Source: Rebecca billardiae RCC1528 (lineage: Eukaryota; Protista; Haptophyta). From it: DNA of 64,000 nucleotides. Position 1 is the first letter of the stretch; each line of letters starts with the position of its first letter. Under the pieces are notes generated by a model. The model was not told the DNA's origin. It saw only the letters and a list, made by a program, of their open reading frames with translations, and searched no databases. The stretch lies in contig OZ251223.1 in NCBI GenBank assembly GCA_965240325.2, forward strand, positions 868,001 through 932,000, read 5' to 3'. Shown here in pieces: positions 36,717 through 47,734 of the stretch. The position numbers and the translations under genes are program-made.

Positions 36717-38460
36717 ATGTCGAGCGCGAAGCCGGCGACAGTGATCAGTAAGGCATACGCCATCATCAACGACCCGGCGACGGATCACCTGATCCGCTGG
36801 GACCACGACGGCACGACGTTCACCGTCTTCAACCCGGAGCGGCTGGCGGCGGATGTCTTCCCGAGCGTGTTCAACCACGCGAGCTACCCGTCCTTCACAC
36901 GCGCGCTGAATGCGTATGGCTTCCGCCAGGTCGCACGAAACAAGTGGAAGCACCCGGACTTCCGCCGTGGGCACGTGGATGCGCTCGACAGCATCCAGCG
37001 ACGGCGCATTGGCAAGCGCCAGCAGCAGGCGCCGCGCGCGAGTGCGCCTGGCGCGGGTGCGGAGGGTACGCCGAGGGTGGAGCAGCCGCGCTCGTCGTTC
37101 GAGCTCCTCGGCTTCAGCGCGCAGGGCTGCATGCAGCTCATCGAGGCCCAAAAGTCCTCCCTCGACCAGCTGCGCTTCGAGGTCGAGCGGCTGCACTCGG
37201 ACCTCGTGGCCGCGCGCCGTGAGGAGCTGCAGATGCAGTCGACGGTTGCAGGCGTGCTCGGCGTGCTGGTGCAGGAGTATGGGCGGCAGGCGATCGAGTC
37301 GGCTCTTGGGTGCGCGCCCTCGCCTCGGAGCAACGTCCTCAGTGCGCCGTCGCGCGCGCGCACGCACTCAGGTCGGGGCGGCCCTGCGCTCACCACTCTC
37401 ATTTTCGCGCTGCGCGTGCACCCCGGTCCGACCCGCGCTGCGGACTCGCAGGGGCTCGCTCGAGTCCTTTCTGCAGTACGCGAACACGCAGGGCATGCAC
37501 CGCGCCGCGTCCGAGTGGCTGCAGAACCACCAGAACTCGTCCAAGCCCATGATCACCTACAGGCCAGACGACAGCGACGAGGCGAGCGGCGGAAAGCACG
37601 GCGCCGGCCGCGCAGCAGGGCAGCCGGCGGCGGCTGGAGCGGCGGCTGCTCACGCCACGCCGGGCGGAGGCGGAGTGGCGGGACACGGCGCGCGCGTGCC
37701 GGACCTCGTGTCCCTCCTCGGCGCGCTCGGGATGGAGCCGAACGCCGCTGGCGCCGCGTCCGCGGCTGGTGGGCGCGGATCGGAGGTGGGGGGCGCTGCC
37801 GGTGCGTCGTCGGCAGCGGCGGCGGGAGCCATCCCCGCGGGTGCGCACGCTGGAATGGCCGCGTCGCACGCGCCTCTCGGGAACAGCCGCTTCGAGGAGA
37901 TTCAGGAGCCGGTGGAGAGCATGCGCAGGCGCGCCGCGGACACGAGTGGCGACGTGATTATGGACAACCGTGGCGCGAGTGCCTCGGGCGGCGGCGCTGC
38001 GGGTGCGGCCGGCGCAGCGGGCAGTGCGAGCGGCGCGCCGAGCGGCGGGGTTGCCGGCGCGGGCGCCAGCGGCGCGGAAGTGGGCGGGGCCGAGCTGCAG
38101 CTGTCGCCGGACGCGGATGGAAGCCAGAACCCGACGCAGCTCATCGAACGCCTCCTCGCCAACATCGCCGGCCCTATGGTGGGCGCACCCACCGTGCCAC
38201 CGATGCGGGCCTCGCGCGTAAACTCTGCCGAGCTCTTCGAGGAGCTGACGGGCGAGCTGTCGCCCGGCAGCGGCATGGCCGGCAGCGGCGGTGCACACGG
38301 GCGCGGCTCGACGCTCCGCGACAACCAGGTAGACGTGGACGACCTCTCCTCGCTGACTCTCGACGACATCGTCTCGCCCGAGCTGCTCGCAGGCCGCGAG
38401 TCGCCCGCGGGCAGCAGTGGGAGTGCCGGCAAGCAGCCTGCGGCTGGGAGCGGCCGCTGA
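36717..38460 (+). CDS. HSF: Heat-shock transcription factor family protein; intron 37310-37451
   Basis: HSF DNA-binding domain DHLIRWDHDGTTFTV..FNHASYPSFTRALNAYGFRQV..WKHPDFRRG..IQRR, followed by a heptad region and an acidic C-terminus. Confidence 0.88.
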
Positions 38461-38877
38461 CTGCCGACGGCCGGTCCCGCCTCATCAACACTGCTCAGGA
38501 GTCGGGGCACGGAGGTTTGGCGGTGCGTGACGCGTGACATTCGCGGCGGCGGCCGGCTTCAGGACTAGACGGCACCGTGGCGGGTCCGGAAAGGCTCGGG
38601 CCCGAGCGGCAGTGCGTCACGCCGACCCCGGACGGCCAGCACGGGGGCTCCTCACTCCTCAGACAGGCAGCTTTGCGACACATTGGGCCGCGAATGCGCA
38701 ACGGTGCCGTTGGCGGCAACGCCAACGGTCGACTCGCGCAACCCGGCGTACATATATTCGATTCGAAGCACAGAAATTTAGACGACGAGGGCCGCCCGCC
38801 CGGCTGCGCAGGCACATTTATGAATCATGACACTGATGCACTGCTCGGAACATATTTTTATTTATTACTGTAGCTTA

Positions 38878-39040
38878 TGGCCCGCGGTGCAGGGCGGAGC
38901 GCGCAGCGTGGAGCCCGCACCAGCGGGCCCGAACCACGTTTCAAAAAGATCTTTGATCAAGAAAAAAGGGACGGGGGGCGAAAAAAAGGGACGGGGGGCG
39001 ATTTTTAGGGCTGGCGGAGACCGAGTTTCGAGTTTTTGAG
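38878..39040 (+). mobile_element. Dispersed repeat (probable transposon end); second copy of 14019-14162
   Basis: Reverse-complement match to 14019-14162. Confidence 0.75.
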
Positions 39041-39746
39041 ATCGCATAGAGAGGTCTATTAGGCCGAAAAAGAGCGCGCCCACGATATTCCCTAAGTAAA
39101 GTGCGATCTGGACGTCAGCCGGACGTGACTTTAGCGTAACGGTTCGTTACGAGCGAATCGTATTCGTCGTCCCGGATCGCGTGACGTCCGGACTGGGCCA
39201 CGTCCGGATCGTCGGAGGTGACGTGCCCCGGCACGATGGCGTCGGATGCGGGACGGCGCCTGCACGTGCCTCCGGACCCGCCTCCCGCTTGCTGCTCACG
39301 CAGTCAGCTGCGACCGTGGCGCATGATCGCAGAAGCAGTGCCGGCAGTACGGCCTGCATCAGCTAGTGCCGCGCCGTCGTGGCGCGCGCGGTACGGTTGC
39401 GCGTTTGCAGCGCTCGCCGCTCGGCGACGGCACGCGCGTGCGGCTCAGGTGTGTCAAATGCGGTCTCGTCGGCGCGCTTTCGCCTGCCACCTCGTGCACC
39501 CGTGCCGCCAGTTTCATCGTCTTCATGAGGACTGCTGCTGCTGTCGCCATCCGCTCTCCATCACCCCGAGTCGCGCGGCGTCGCGCGCGGTAGGCACTAG
39601 GGCAGGGCGTACGGTCACTCACCCGTGCAACGGGTCAAGTGGCCAGAGTACGTCTGGTCGTTGGCTGGCACGGGCCGCAGCGCTAAAGCACCCTGCTGTC
39701 ACACCCGACTCCTTCAGTACTCCGAGCTCCGCGGCACGACTCACTC

Positions 39747-39899
39747 GGCACGATCGCGGACGGGTCGGATCCGAGCTGATCAGCCAGAGTTGGACCGACA
39801 GTTTGGCAGCTACTAGTAGTAATTCCGATGCCGATGGCACGATCGCGGACGGGTCGGATCCGAGCTGATCAGCCAGTTGGACATTTGGCAGCTAGTAGT
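39747..39899. repeat. Local direct repeat of ~65 bp
   Basis: GGCACGATCGCGGACGGGTCGGATCCGAGCTGATCAGCCAG..TTGGCAGCTA occurs twice. Confidence 0.8.
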
Positions 39900-40378
39900 G
39901 TCAGACGGACGTCCGATTTGACGACCGGTGCCGGGTGCGGTCTCAGGTCCGCTGCTGTGATTGTGTGAAGTGTGAATGAGTCTCGTGGTCGCGCAGGCAG
40001 GGCGACGGTCGGACTAATAGCTTCAGTCATCTCAGAACCGACTTCAACTGGCGAACTGCCACTACGGCGGAGAGCCGCGATTGCACGGCCACCGCGGGCC
40101 CCCAACTGCGTTGATTCTATGCAGAAAAGGACCGCGGAACGCGGTCATATATATTATTGACGAATTACTGCTGATACTGCCACTAGCCTGTCAGGCATGT
40201 GTCAGCTACACGCTCGGACGGTGACGTGACTCGTGAGCGGTGGGCGAGTGACGATGCAGATATCATCGTGCTGGTCGTATTATTCGCCGAATAAATTCGT
40301 GGCGGCGGACGTGATGAATTTGCGGACGGACGACAGCCCCCGCACCCGCGGGCAGTTTGGGCGCACATCATAATTATG

Positions 40379-40447
40379 TGTTAGAGGAGTTGGAGACCCG
40401 CGAACCGTTTAGCTCAGTCGTTTCGCGGGTCTTCAACTCCTCTAACA
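40379..40447. repeat. 69-bp hairpin (about 27-bp stem)
   Basis: TGTTAGAGGAGTTGGAGACCCGCGAA ... TTCGCGGGTCTTCAACTCCTCTAACA. Confidence 0.8.
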
Positions 40448-40945
40448 TTATTCGTCATATGATTCCGCGATTCGTCGTCGTCGGCACAATTGCCGCTGGC
40501 CCGCCGCATCATCCGAGGGTCGACGATCGAGATATCCTTAATTATATAGGTGGGCCCGCCATCAATTGCGGGCATTGGGCATCATTATATATATTGGCAA
40601 AGTTGCTGGCAATGGGCATGGCAGCGCGCAGTGGACCGTGGTGCCAGCGCCTCGCGGCCTCGGAGCCTGCTGATAATAGTCACTAGTAGCAGTGACGCGA
40701 TAATCATTATCTATTCTTTAGACGAAAGCCTTCAGCCCTTACAGTCGTCCTAGGTTCCGAGCCGTCATCCGGTTGCCATTGCGGAACTTCGATCAAGTCG
40801 CCTGCCGGCGCCGCATCACCCATCAGCCAGTGAGCCACTGCTGCGTCTGCGCGTCACGCCACTCATCAGACTGAGAGTGAGACATCACTCATATCAATTC
40901 ACTCATCACTCATCACATCAGACGAGTGTCGAGCCATCATATTTA

Positions 40946-40947
<2 letters not shown>

Positions 40948-41029
<82 letters not shown>

Positions 41030-41032
41030 TCT

Positions 41033-41059
<27 letters not shown>
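40948..41059. repeat. Compound (CA)n(GA)n microsatellite
   Basis: Read directly from the sequence. Confidence 0.98.
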
Positions 41060-41066
<7 letters not shown>

Positions 41067-41161
41067 TCATCAGCAGTCGTGTAGTAGTACGTTTCCAGCA
41101 GCAGCAGAAATGGGCGCGGCTGACAATGGTAATCTATTCATAGTCATCGGATGATGAGGAT

Positions 41162-42376
41162 TTATTGTCTGCGTGCTGCCGCACAGTCTGCTGCTGTCGA
41201 CGGTGATGTGATGCTGATCACCGTTGATGGCAACATCCACCGCCGCAGCAGCATCGCAAGCCCCGAGACGGCCGACACCAACGCTGGTCGCTCTCGTTGT
41301 GCTGGGCCCCGGCTGCGACCGCTTGTCCGAGGCGTTGCGAGCTCGCTGCACGGTGCCGCGAGCGGCACGAGCTGCATCCGCGGCGGCGAGGTGGCACAGT
41401 CCAGGAGCCGAAGTCGGCCAAACTGCGATGGCACGGCCCCCGCGTTCACGCTCGCGCACAGCAGCCGCGCGACCACCTCGTATTCGTCGACCAGCTTCTT
41501 CGCGAGCGCGAACGACGTGGCCTCGTCCTCGATCCGGTCATGCTTCCGCGGGAAGTCGGCCGCTAGTCTCCTCGGCACGACCCGCGCGAGGCGGTCCGGG
41601 TCGGTCAGATTGTACGGTGGCCAGAAGCGCGTGCCGTTCAGCCAGTGCAGGAGGCCGCGCGCGTCATCGTCGAGCCGGTCAAAGCGCACCGCGTACGAGG
41701 TCGCGTTCGTCGTGATGAAGTCAAGCGCCTTGGCTGGCATGTGGTACCGGTACCCCATCCCCACGTGCAGGTTCGCCAGCGTCTGCTGCTTCCATCGCCT
41801 CGGGTTGATGGCCTTCTCTGCGGTCTCGAGGCAGCTGGCGGACGGAGCATCCGCGTGTGCGAGTGCGCGCGCAAACGCATCCACGCGAGCGAAGCAGCCG
41901 TACAGGACTGGCTCGAAGAGCCCAACCGGCTGATTCGTGAAGCGGGCGACATTTCCTCCACCGTCAATGTGCCGAAAGTTGAAGGCGCTTACTACCCGCT
42001 CGACGGGATCACGCAGCGTCACCACCACCCTCCTGTCCGCCAGAGCGCTTCGAGAACACAGCCCTCGTTCTGCCATATCGACAGGATTGACGTGCACTGT
42101 TCGCACGTGTCGGACGCGCGTGCGTTTGAGGAATGACTCCAATGTGGTACCGCCGGCTGCGGGGAAGGCGATGAAGCACAGCACCGACGCGCAGCACGCA
42201 TGCGCGAGGTCAGCCCGTGCGTGTGAAGTTGCGCATTCGGCGGGCGCGTGCAGGGGTCGCCGAGCCGCACTTTTCCCGACGTGGATGTTGACCAGGCGAA
42301 ATTCACCCGCCGTACAGGGTGCCGACCTGCTCTGCACGCCGATGAGCGTGGACAGAAGCGCAAGCGCCGCAAGCAT
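41162..42376 (-). CDS. Secretory-pathway sulfotransferase (Sulfotransfer_2-like); in-frame intron 42157-42270
   Basis: After splicing, 5'-PSB NIHVGKTGGTT; 3'-PB VVTLRDPVERVVSAFNF; signal MLAALALLSTLIGVQS. The start codon and C-terminus are uncertain. Confidence 0.75.
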   Translation of the reverse strand: MLAALALLSTLIGVQSRSAPCTAGEFRLVNIHVGKSAARRPLHAPAECATSHARADLAHACCASVLCFIAFPAAGGTTLESFLKRTRVRHVRTVHVNPVDMAERGLCSRSALADRRVVVTLRDPVERVVSAFNFRHIDGGGNVARFTNQPVGLFEPVLYGCFARVDAFARALAHADAPSASCLETAEKAINPRRWKQQTLANLHVGMGYRYHMPAKALDFITTNATSYAVRFDRLDDDARGLLHWLNGTRFWPPYNLTDPDRLARVVPRRLAADFPRKHDRIEDEATSFALAKKLVDEYEVVARLLCASVNAGAVPSQFGRLRLLDCATSPPRMQLVPLAAPCSELATPRTSGRSRGPAQRERPALVSAVSGLAMLLRRWMLPSTVISITSPSTAADCAAARRQ

Positions 42377-42471
42377 CGTCACCTGAGCCTTTGCGCGACG
42401 GGTGCCGCGGCCATCGCGCAGCATCTGCATCAGCATGGTAGTCCGCAGGAACCAGCGACCGCGAATCTTTT

Positions 42472-42649
42472 CAGGGGCGTTCCCCGCACTGGTCATACGC
42501 CAAATCGAATCGTGTTCCTATTGAAATGGGCTCTCTCTATTTAAAGCGGGTACATTTGATTACGGCCCGCGCCAGTCCGGTAGCAATGCCCCCCCCAGGG
42601 GGGGGCATTGCTTTCGGGAGCGTGTGGCAGGATCCCGGGAACGCCCTTG
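42472..42649 (+). mobile_element. 178-bp hAT-like MITE, copy 1
   Basis: TIRs CAGGGGCGTTCCC / GGGAACGCCCTTG; internal palindrome AGCAATGC-C(n)-A-G(n)-GCATTGCT; essentially identical inverted copy at 46873-47050. Confidence 0.85.
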
Positions 42650-42780
42650 TACTACCAGGTACTACTTACTTAACCCCATAGTACGATAAACTTTATGTAC
42701 AGTCAGCAACTAGTTTTTAAATTCCCCTTTCCGAACGGGCTCCGGGTGATCAGGCTGGCGGCCGAAGCCTCTTGCAGCCC

Positions 42781-42822
42781 TCACGCCTTAACCAAGTGTG
42801 CACGTTAAATCATAGTAAACTG
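42781..42822 (+). mobile_element. Terminus of family B element (left end degenerate)
   Basis: TCACGCCTTAACCAAGTGTGCACGTTAAATCATAGTAAACTG|TA; also at 43076-43117 and, inverted, at 2101-2126. Confidence 0.65.
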
Positions 42823-42842
42823 TACCCGGGCCAGCCCCGGTA

Positions 42843-43117
42843 CAGTTTATTTGTTTTAACGTGCGTAAGGCTCACGGTGGCAGGTTGCCGCGCCATCCTT
42901 CATCGCACGCTCTCCGAAGAGAGACCTGGAAACTGGTTTTGAACCCATGACCTCAGACGCAAGAGCACGCCAGTACTCCCACTCACAGTAGTCTTAGTCC
43001 TAGTCTTCAAAGTACCCTACTGTTGCGCCGGTCGGTTTTGTGGCGGTGTCTTTGTGCAGTGTTGGATGGCTTCAATCACGCCTTAACCAAGTGTGCACGT
43101 TAAAACATAGTAAACTG
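42843..43117. mobile_element. 275-bp Tc1/mariner-like MITE (family B)
   Basis: TA flanks; TIRs CAGTTTATTTGTTTTAACGTGC versus reverse complement CAGTTTACTATGTTTTAACGTGC. Confidence 0.75.
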
Positions 43118-43396
43118 TAGCTGGTAAGCGCCTAAGCGGTAGAGGTCATGAACAGTGCACATCTACAGTCTTAGATTCCCGTGCAGGACGTCACGTGAGC
43201 ACGATGGCGGTTGTCGTCGCCGCCGGCGCGGACGTGTCTCCTGGCCAGCCGTGGGGTCAGTCTGGAGGACATTTATTTCGGTTGTAAGAGCCAGCACTCC
43301 ATCAAGACCATCGTCAGGCGGTCTTACGGCCGGACGTGCCATATCTTAGACTTACATAATTATTAAATGTGCCTGTGTGACGTGCCGTGATGGCTA

Positions 43397-43908
43397 CAGG
43401 CAATCGCGGGCAATAAGGAGCTGTCACGTTAAGAAACGGGGGCTTGCTATCTGCGGATCTGGCCTAGAAACTGAGGCTAGCGATTGGCTGGTTCGCTATA
43501 CGCATAGTCACACTAAGAAACCGGGACTACGTCGTCCCGGCTGACGAGTGTCGAGTGGTCCGCCGAGGGGCGAGGCGCAGTCGGCCCGTCGGGGACGCGG
43601 CGCGCGGCCCGACTACGAGTACAGGCCAAGTCCCGACTTCTCCTGATGACTGACTCCTGGCCAGTGCACCGCAGCATCCATGCAACATCATGCCAGATTT
43701 GCTCCAAAAAGGCCCAAAATTTTCGTTGGCCTCGCCGGCCGGGCCTAAAGACTCAGCGGGGGGCTCTGCCCCCCTGCGCCCCCCGCGCCTGCGCGGCGGG
43801 CGGACCTAGCTAAGAAACTGAGACTCCGTAGGCGCTCGGGCTACCGAACGGCTAAGAAACCGAGGCTAGCCGTGAGATCTCTGACTTCTTATTGCCCGCG
43901 ATTGCCTG
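43397..43908. mobile_element. 512-bp Tc1/mariner-like MITE
   Basis: Perfect 21-bp TIR CAGGCAATCGCGGGCAATAAG, TA TSD, internal reiterated CTAAGAAACYGRG motifs. Confidence 0.9.
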
Positions 43909-44242
43909 TATTTAGGTCCAGGGGGCCGCACTCAGTCCATCAGATTTAACAGTCTTAGCATTGCTCCGAAGCGTTCAGGCCAGGTATATGTACTAGGTAG
44001 TCGCCCCGGCCGGATGCCAGTTCGTTCGGCGGTTGGTAACCATGATGACAGTGCATGCTATGTGTCGATGTTCACTGATGTGGTGATATTGTGGTCCAGC
44101 GCGACAAGGCACAAGCGCGGACAACTGAACTGTCAGACCAAGGGGACTCCCCTTGGTCAGACGGTACTCCCAGCATCGGTACTGAACGAACCCATTCCGA
44201 CGGCGCTACGATCGGCGACAACGACGGCTTCATGGGCGGTGA

Positions 44243-44304
44243 CAGTTGGCGGGCGTCAATCTCGCCTGCCTGAGCTGTGTGCGTCTCTTATTCTTAGTAA
44301 ACTG
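44243..44304 (+). mobile_element. Micro-element family A, full-length 62-bp copy
   Basis: CAGTTGGCGGGCGTCAATCTCGCCTGCCTGAGCTGTGTGCGTCTCTTATTCTTAGTAAACTG|TA. Confidence 0.75.
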
Positions 44305-44410
44305 TATGCTGGAAAATACGCGCGACGGGAAATTAAAAAGAGGAGCCCGCCGCCATCGTGGCACTTCGACAGTCGAAAGACGCCGCGTCGACAGGTGTGG
44401 ACGCGGCGCC

Positions 44411-44843
44411 ATGGACGCAGATCAGCAGCGCATGCTCGCGCAGCTCGAAGAGATGCAGATGCGCGACTCGCTGCGGACGTTCAACGGCCTTGTGGAGAGA
44501 TGCTTCTGCGAATGTGTCACGGGCTTCCGGTCGAAGTCGCTCACGGATGTGGAGGATAAGTGCGTGAAGGCGTGCGCAGAGAAATATTTTAACCATGCGG
44601 TGTGCGCTTACAAGGGCCGCGACGAGCACGCCCGCCCGTCCGCGTCCGCTACCGTGGTGTCACGTGCGCGCTTTGCATGTGCTGCGAGCGCATGTGCTCC
44701 CAACCCACTCGCTGGAATGCTCACGTGGCTGTCCCCACCCTGAATGCTGTGCATTTGCGCAGAGGAGGGTCGGACAGAGATTCGGCGAGCTCAGCCAGAA
44801 GCAGCAGGAGGAGCTCATGAAGCAGATGCAGGGGCAGAAGTGA
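44411..44843 (+). CDS. TIM9: Mitochondrial small Tim chaperone Tim9; intron 44600-44762
   Basis: QMRDSLRTFNGLVERCFCECV..KCVKACAEKY..RVGQRFGE; twin CX3C motif. Confidence 0.92.
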
Positions 44844-45804
44844 GCGGCACGTGCTGTGTCGGCAGCCCACACTCTATCACACGCGTTGCAAATCCTCGTG
44901 CTGGCTGGCCCATGTCGGAGCATCAAGCTGAGCAGTCGTGATTCCAGCAATGACTAGCTCATCTGCTGGCCTGACGCTGGGACACTGGAGCTCAGCGCAG
45001 ATCCAGCTTTTTTGTCTCGGGCTGCGTGATTCAGCAGCACACCCGGCGCCAGACTGGCACGCCGACTTTCGCGGTGACTCACGGTCACGGACTTCGCATC
45101 AGTCAGACTTCATTCTGTCTTCTATAAGTCACGGCGCCTCCGGCAACCTGACAGACAGTGACAGCCGCACTGCCGCACGGGCTTCACGTCACGGTGGCGG
45201 CACGGCCCGGCCCCGAGCCCGAGCCGCAGACAGCGGTCAGACCCGGTGAGCGGAGTGGGCCGGGGCCCGCCGGTCAGGCCCGCCGCCATGACATTGACCG
45301 AATTGTATCACAAAGTGAGCGCGCAGTGATGAATGAATCAGCAATATATATATATGATGCGCGCGCGGCGGCACGCCGTCGCCAGTGCGGTGGCACGCCA
45401 CGGTCGGCGCCGCCGCGGGCCCCCGCGGGGTAGACAGGCGTGTCGCGGGTGCCGCGCTACTTAATTACGTCGGTCATCGCGGTGACACGACTCTATGTTC
45501 ATCATTGGCGCACTCTCACGACTCTGAAAGTGGCGTGTTGTCTGTTGACCACCGCGGCCGCGGTCGCCGGTCGGCCGCCGGGGCGCCGCCGTGCGACTGA
45601 TATATTGTCAGATCCGCCGCGCGGTCATCACGCGCGATGATGCCGCACCGCTACGATCACCGCCGTGGCGCTGATCATTCCGCCGTCACCGAGTCCATAT
45701 GGCGCAAACTCGTGGTAGTTTGAACGATGCCAAGAAGTAAGCACGGTGGCCCCAATATTCGACCGGCAAGTCCGAAGGGCGTTCCAGGCTGGCAAGGCTC
45801 CAGC

Positions 45805-46785
45805 TCATTGCGACACAGCCATGGGGAGCGCGCCCAATGCCGTCGGCAGAGGGGCGTTGGTCTCAAAGTAGGCGGACGCCAGGGCGTCGGCACATGACAT
45901 CCTGCGGAGCGGCGAGAGGCTGAGCAAGCCGCCGATCAGCTCGAGCGCGTCTCGCGGCGGCACCATCGCGCCCGCCGCGCTGCCGATGCCGGTGGCGAAG
46001 AGGTCGCCCAGCGGGCGTGGCGCAACCGGCTTGAACTGCACGGCATCAGGCAGCGAGTCCCAGCCTGGCCAGGTGTTCGCTGCGTCGTAGGCGGGGGTGC
46101 CAAGCTGCGAGCAGATGCGCATGAGCTGGTCCAGAGCGGAACTCCCCGGGAACGGGGCGCGGCGCAGATGGAGCTCCGCGAAGATGCAGCCGAGAGACCA
46201 CGCGTCCACCGCCGGCCCGTACCGGCGCGCCCCGAGGAGCAGCTCGGGGCTCTGGTACCAGCGCGTAACGATGTTGGGCGTGAGCTCGGCGTCGTCGTCA
46301 GCGGCGGTGCTGAGCGCGCGCGCCGTGCCAAAATCAGCCAGCTTGAGCGCGCCGCTGGGCGCGACGAGGATGTTGCCGGGCTTCAGGTCGCGGTGGAGCA
46401 CGGCGTGCACGTGCAGGAAGCCCACGGCCGAGAGCAGCATCTGCATGTACGCCTTCACGTCCGCCGGCCGCAGCACGAGGTCGGTGCGCCTGATCACGCC
46501 TTCCAGGTCGCCGACGCAGTGCTCGAACACGAGCGAGAAGTAGCCCTCGGCGTCCCGCTCGATGATGCCGGCGAGCTCGACGATGTTGGGGTGACGCAGT
46601 TCGTTGAGATGTCGGATCTCACGGATGGCTGTGAAGTGCACACCCTGGCGCGTGCCCATCCACTTCGGGTGGAAGCGCTTGATTGCGACCGTCCGACCGG
46701 TCGCGCGCTCAGTCCCCCGGTACACCGAGCCGAACGTGCCTTCGCCGATGCGCGCACCGCGCTCGAATGCGGCCACGGCGGCCAT
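45805..46785 (-). CDS. CDK7: Cyclin-dependent kinase, CDK7/CAK-like, intronless
   Basis: IGEGTFG, VAIK, cyclin helix GVHFTAIREI (CDK7-type NxTALRE), HRDLKPGN, DFG, VTRWYQSPELLLGA. Confidence 0.78.
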   Translation of the reverse strand: MAAVAAFERGARIGEGTFGSVYRGTERATGRTVAIKRFHPKWMGTRQGVHFTAIREIRHLNELRHPNIVELAGIIERDAEGYFSLVFEHCVGDLEGVIRRTDLVLRPADVKAYMQMLLSAVGFLHVHAVLHRDLKPGNILVAPSGALKLADFGTARALSTAADDDAELTPNIVTRWYQSPELLLGARRYGPAVDAWSLGCIFAELHLRRAPFPGSSALDQLMRICSQLGTPAYDAANTWPGWDSLPDAVQFKPVAPRPLGDLFATGIGSAAGAMVPPRDALELIGGLLSLSPLRRMSCADALASAYFETNAPLPTALGALPMAVSQ

Positions 46786-46791
46786 GGATTT

Positions 46792-46837
46792 ATCTCGCCT
46801 GCCTGAGCTGTGTGCGTCTCTTATTCTTAGTAAACTG
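46792..46837 (+). mobile_element. Micro-element family A, left-truncated, 6 bp from the CDK start codon
   Basis: ATCTCGCCTGCC...TTAGTAAACTG|TA. Confidence 0.75.
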
Positions 46838-46872
46838 TACGCGCTCAGCACTCAGCTGGTGAAGACGTGGTG

Positions 46873-47050
46873 CAAGGGCGTTCCCGGGATCCTGCCACAC
46901 GCTCCCGAAAGCAATGCCCCCCCCTGGGGGGGGCATTGCTACCGGACTGGCGCGGGCCGTAATCAAATGTACCCGCTTTAAATAGAGAGAGCCCATTTCA
47001 ATAGGAACACGATTCGATTTGGCGTATGACCAGTGCGGGGAACGCCCCTG
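46873..47050 (-). mobile_element. 178-bp hAT-like MITE, copy 2, with 6-bp TSD GTGGTG
   Basis: GTGGTG|CAAGGGCGTTCCC...GGGAACGCCCCTG|GTGGTG. Confidence 0.88.
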
Positions 47051-47091
47051 GTGGTGCGAGCGCTTTTTAGTTTTTGCACACAGCTCAAACA

Positions 47092-47144
47092 GGCGTCAAT
47101 CTCGCCTGCCTGAGCTGTGTGCGTCTCTTATTCTTAGTAAACGG
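47092..47144 (+). mobile_element. Micro-element family A copy
   Basis: GGCGTCAATCTCGCC...TTAGTAAACGG|TA. Confidence 0.75.
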
Positions 47145-47734
47145 TATACTAGCTACTACTTTATTTGTCACCGTGACACTCGTCACGTCGTGGTCAGTCG
47201 ACAGGCCAAGCTGAAGCCATCCAAATCGGCAGCACTTGTAATGATCTGATACTAGATTACTAGTGCCGGACACACTGAGTCGTCCCGGGTCACGGAGCAA
47301 TAATAGCTAGCACTTAGTAGCAGAGCAACCGCTTCGTGAAGGAGATGCCAAGGAGAAACCCTGACCTACGATTTTGTAGTATGCTAGTACTAGTCTAGTC
47401 ACTGCCGCAAGAATAGCAGACTGCAGAGCCCTGGCTGCGCGCCGCCGAGACGTGGCGACGGCCACCGGCGACCGTGTCCGAATGTCATCTCCGGGCCTCC
47501 GGCGCGCGCCGGCGCCGCCGCGGCGGGAGGAAGTTTGCCTCGGGGCGCATGCGGCGTGGGTCTCCCATCGGCGGGACCGTCCGATGGACATCGGACATCA
47601 CGCACTTCGTGAGTTGAGAACCGCGCGGAGGTCAGTGCGCGCACGATTGAAGCGGAGGTCTCCTCGCGCTCCCTGCGCTTGCCAGATGATGCTCGGAGGG
47701 TGTGGCCTCGTCGCCGCCGCCGCCGCCAAGCGGC

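Noticed and set aside
39150-40100. Short minus-strand ORFs (39359-39622, 39619-39840)
   Set aside because: No recognisable domain and interrupted by local duplications; not supportable as a gene.
42377-42496. ORF-track N-terminal extensions of the sulfotransferase (and of the CDK, 46786-46851)
   Set aside because: The upstream starts lie in or beyond inserted MITE sequence; downstream ATGs give normal N-termini.
46792-46837. Family A repeat as a spliced-leader relic ahead of the CDK ATG
   Set aside because: Full copies have no GT donor at the junction, orientation relative to genes is inconsistent, and the CAG..CTG|TA ends fit a DNA element better.
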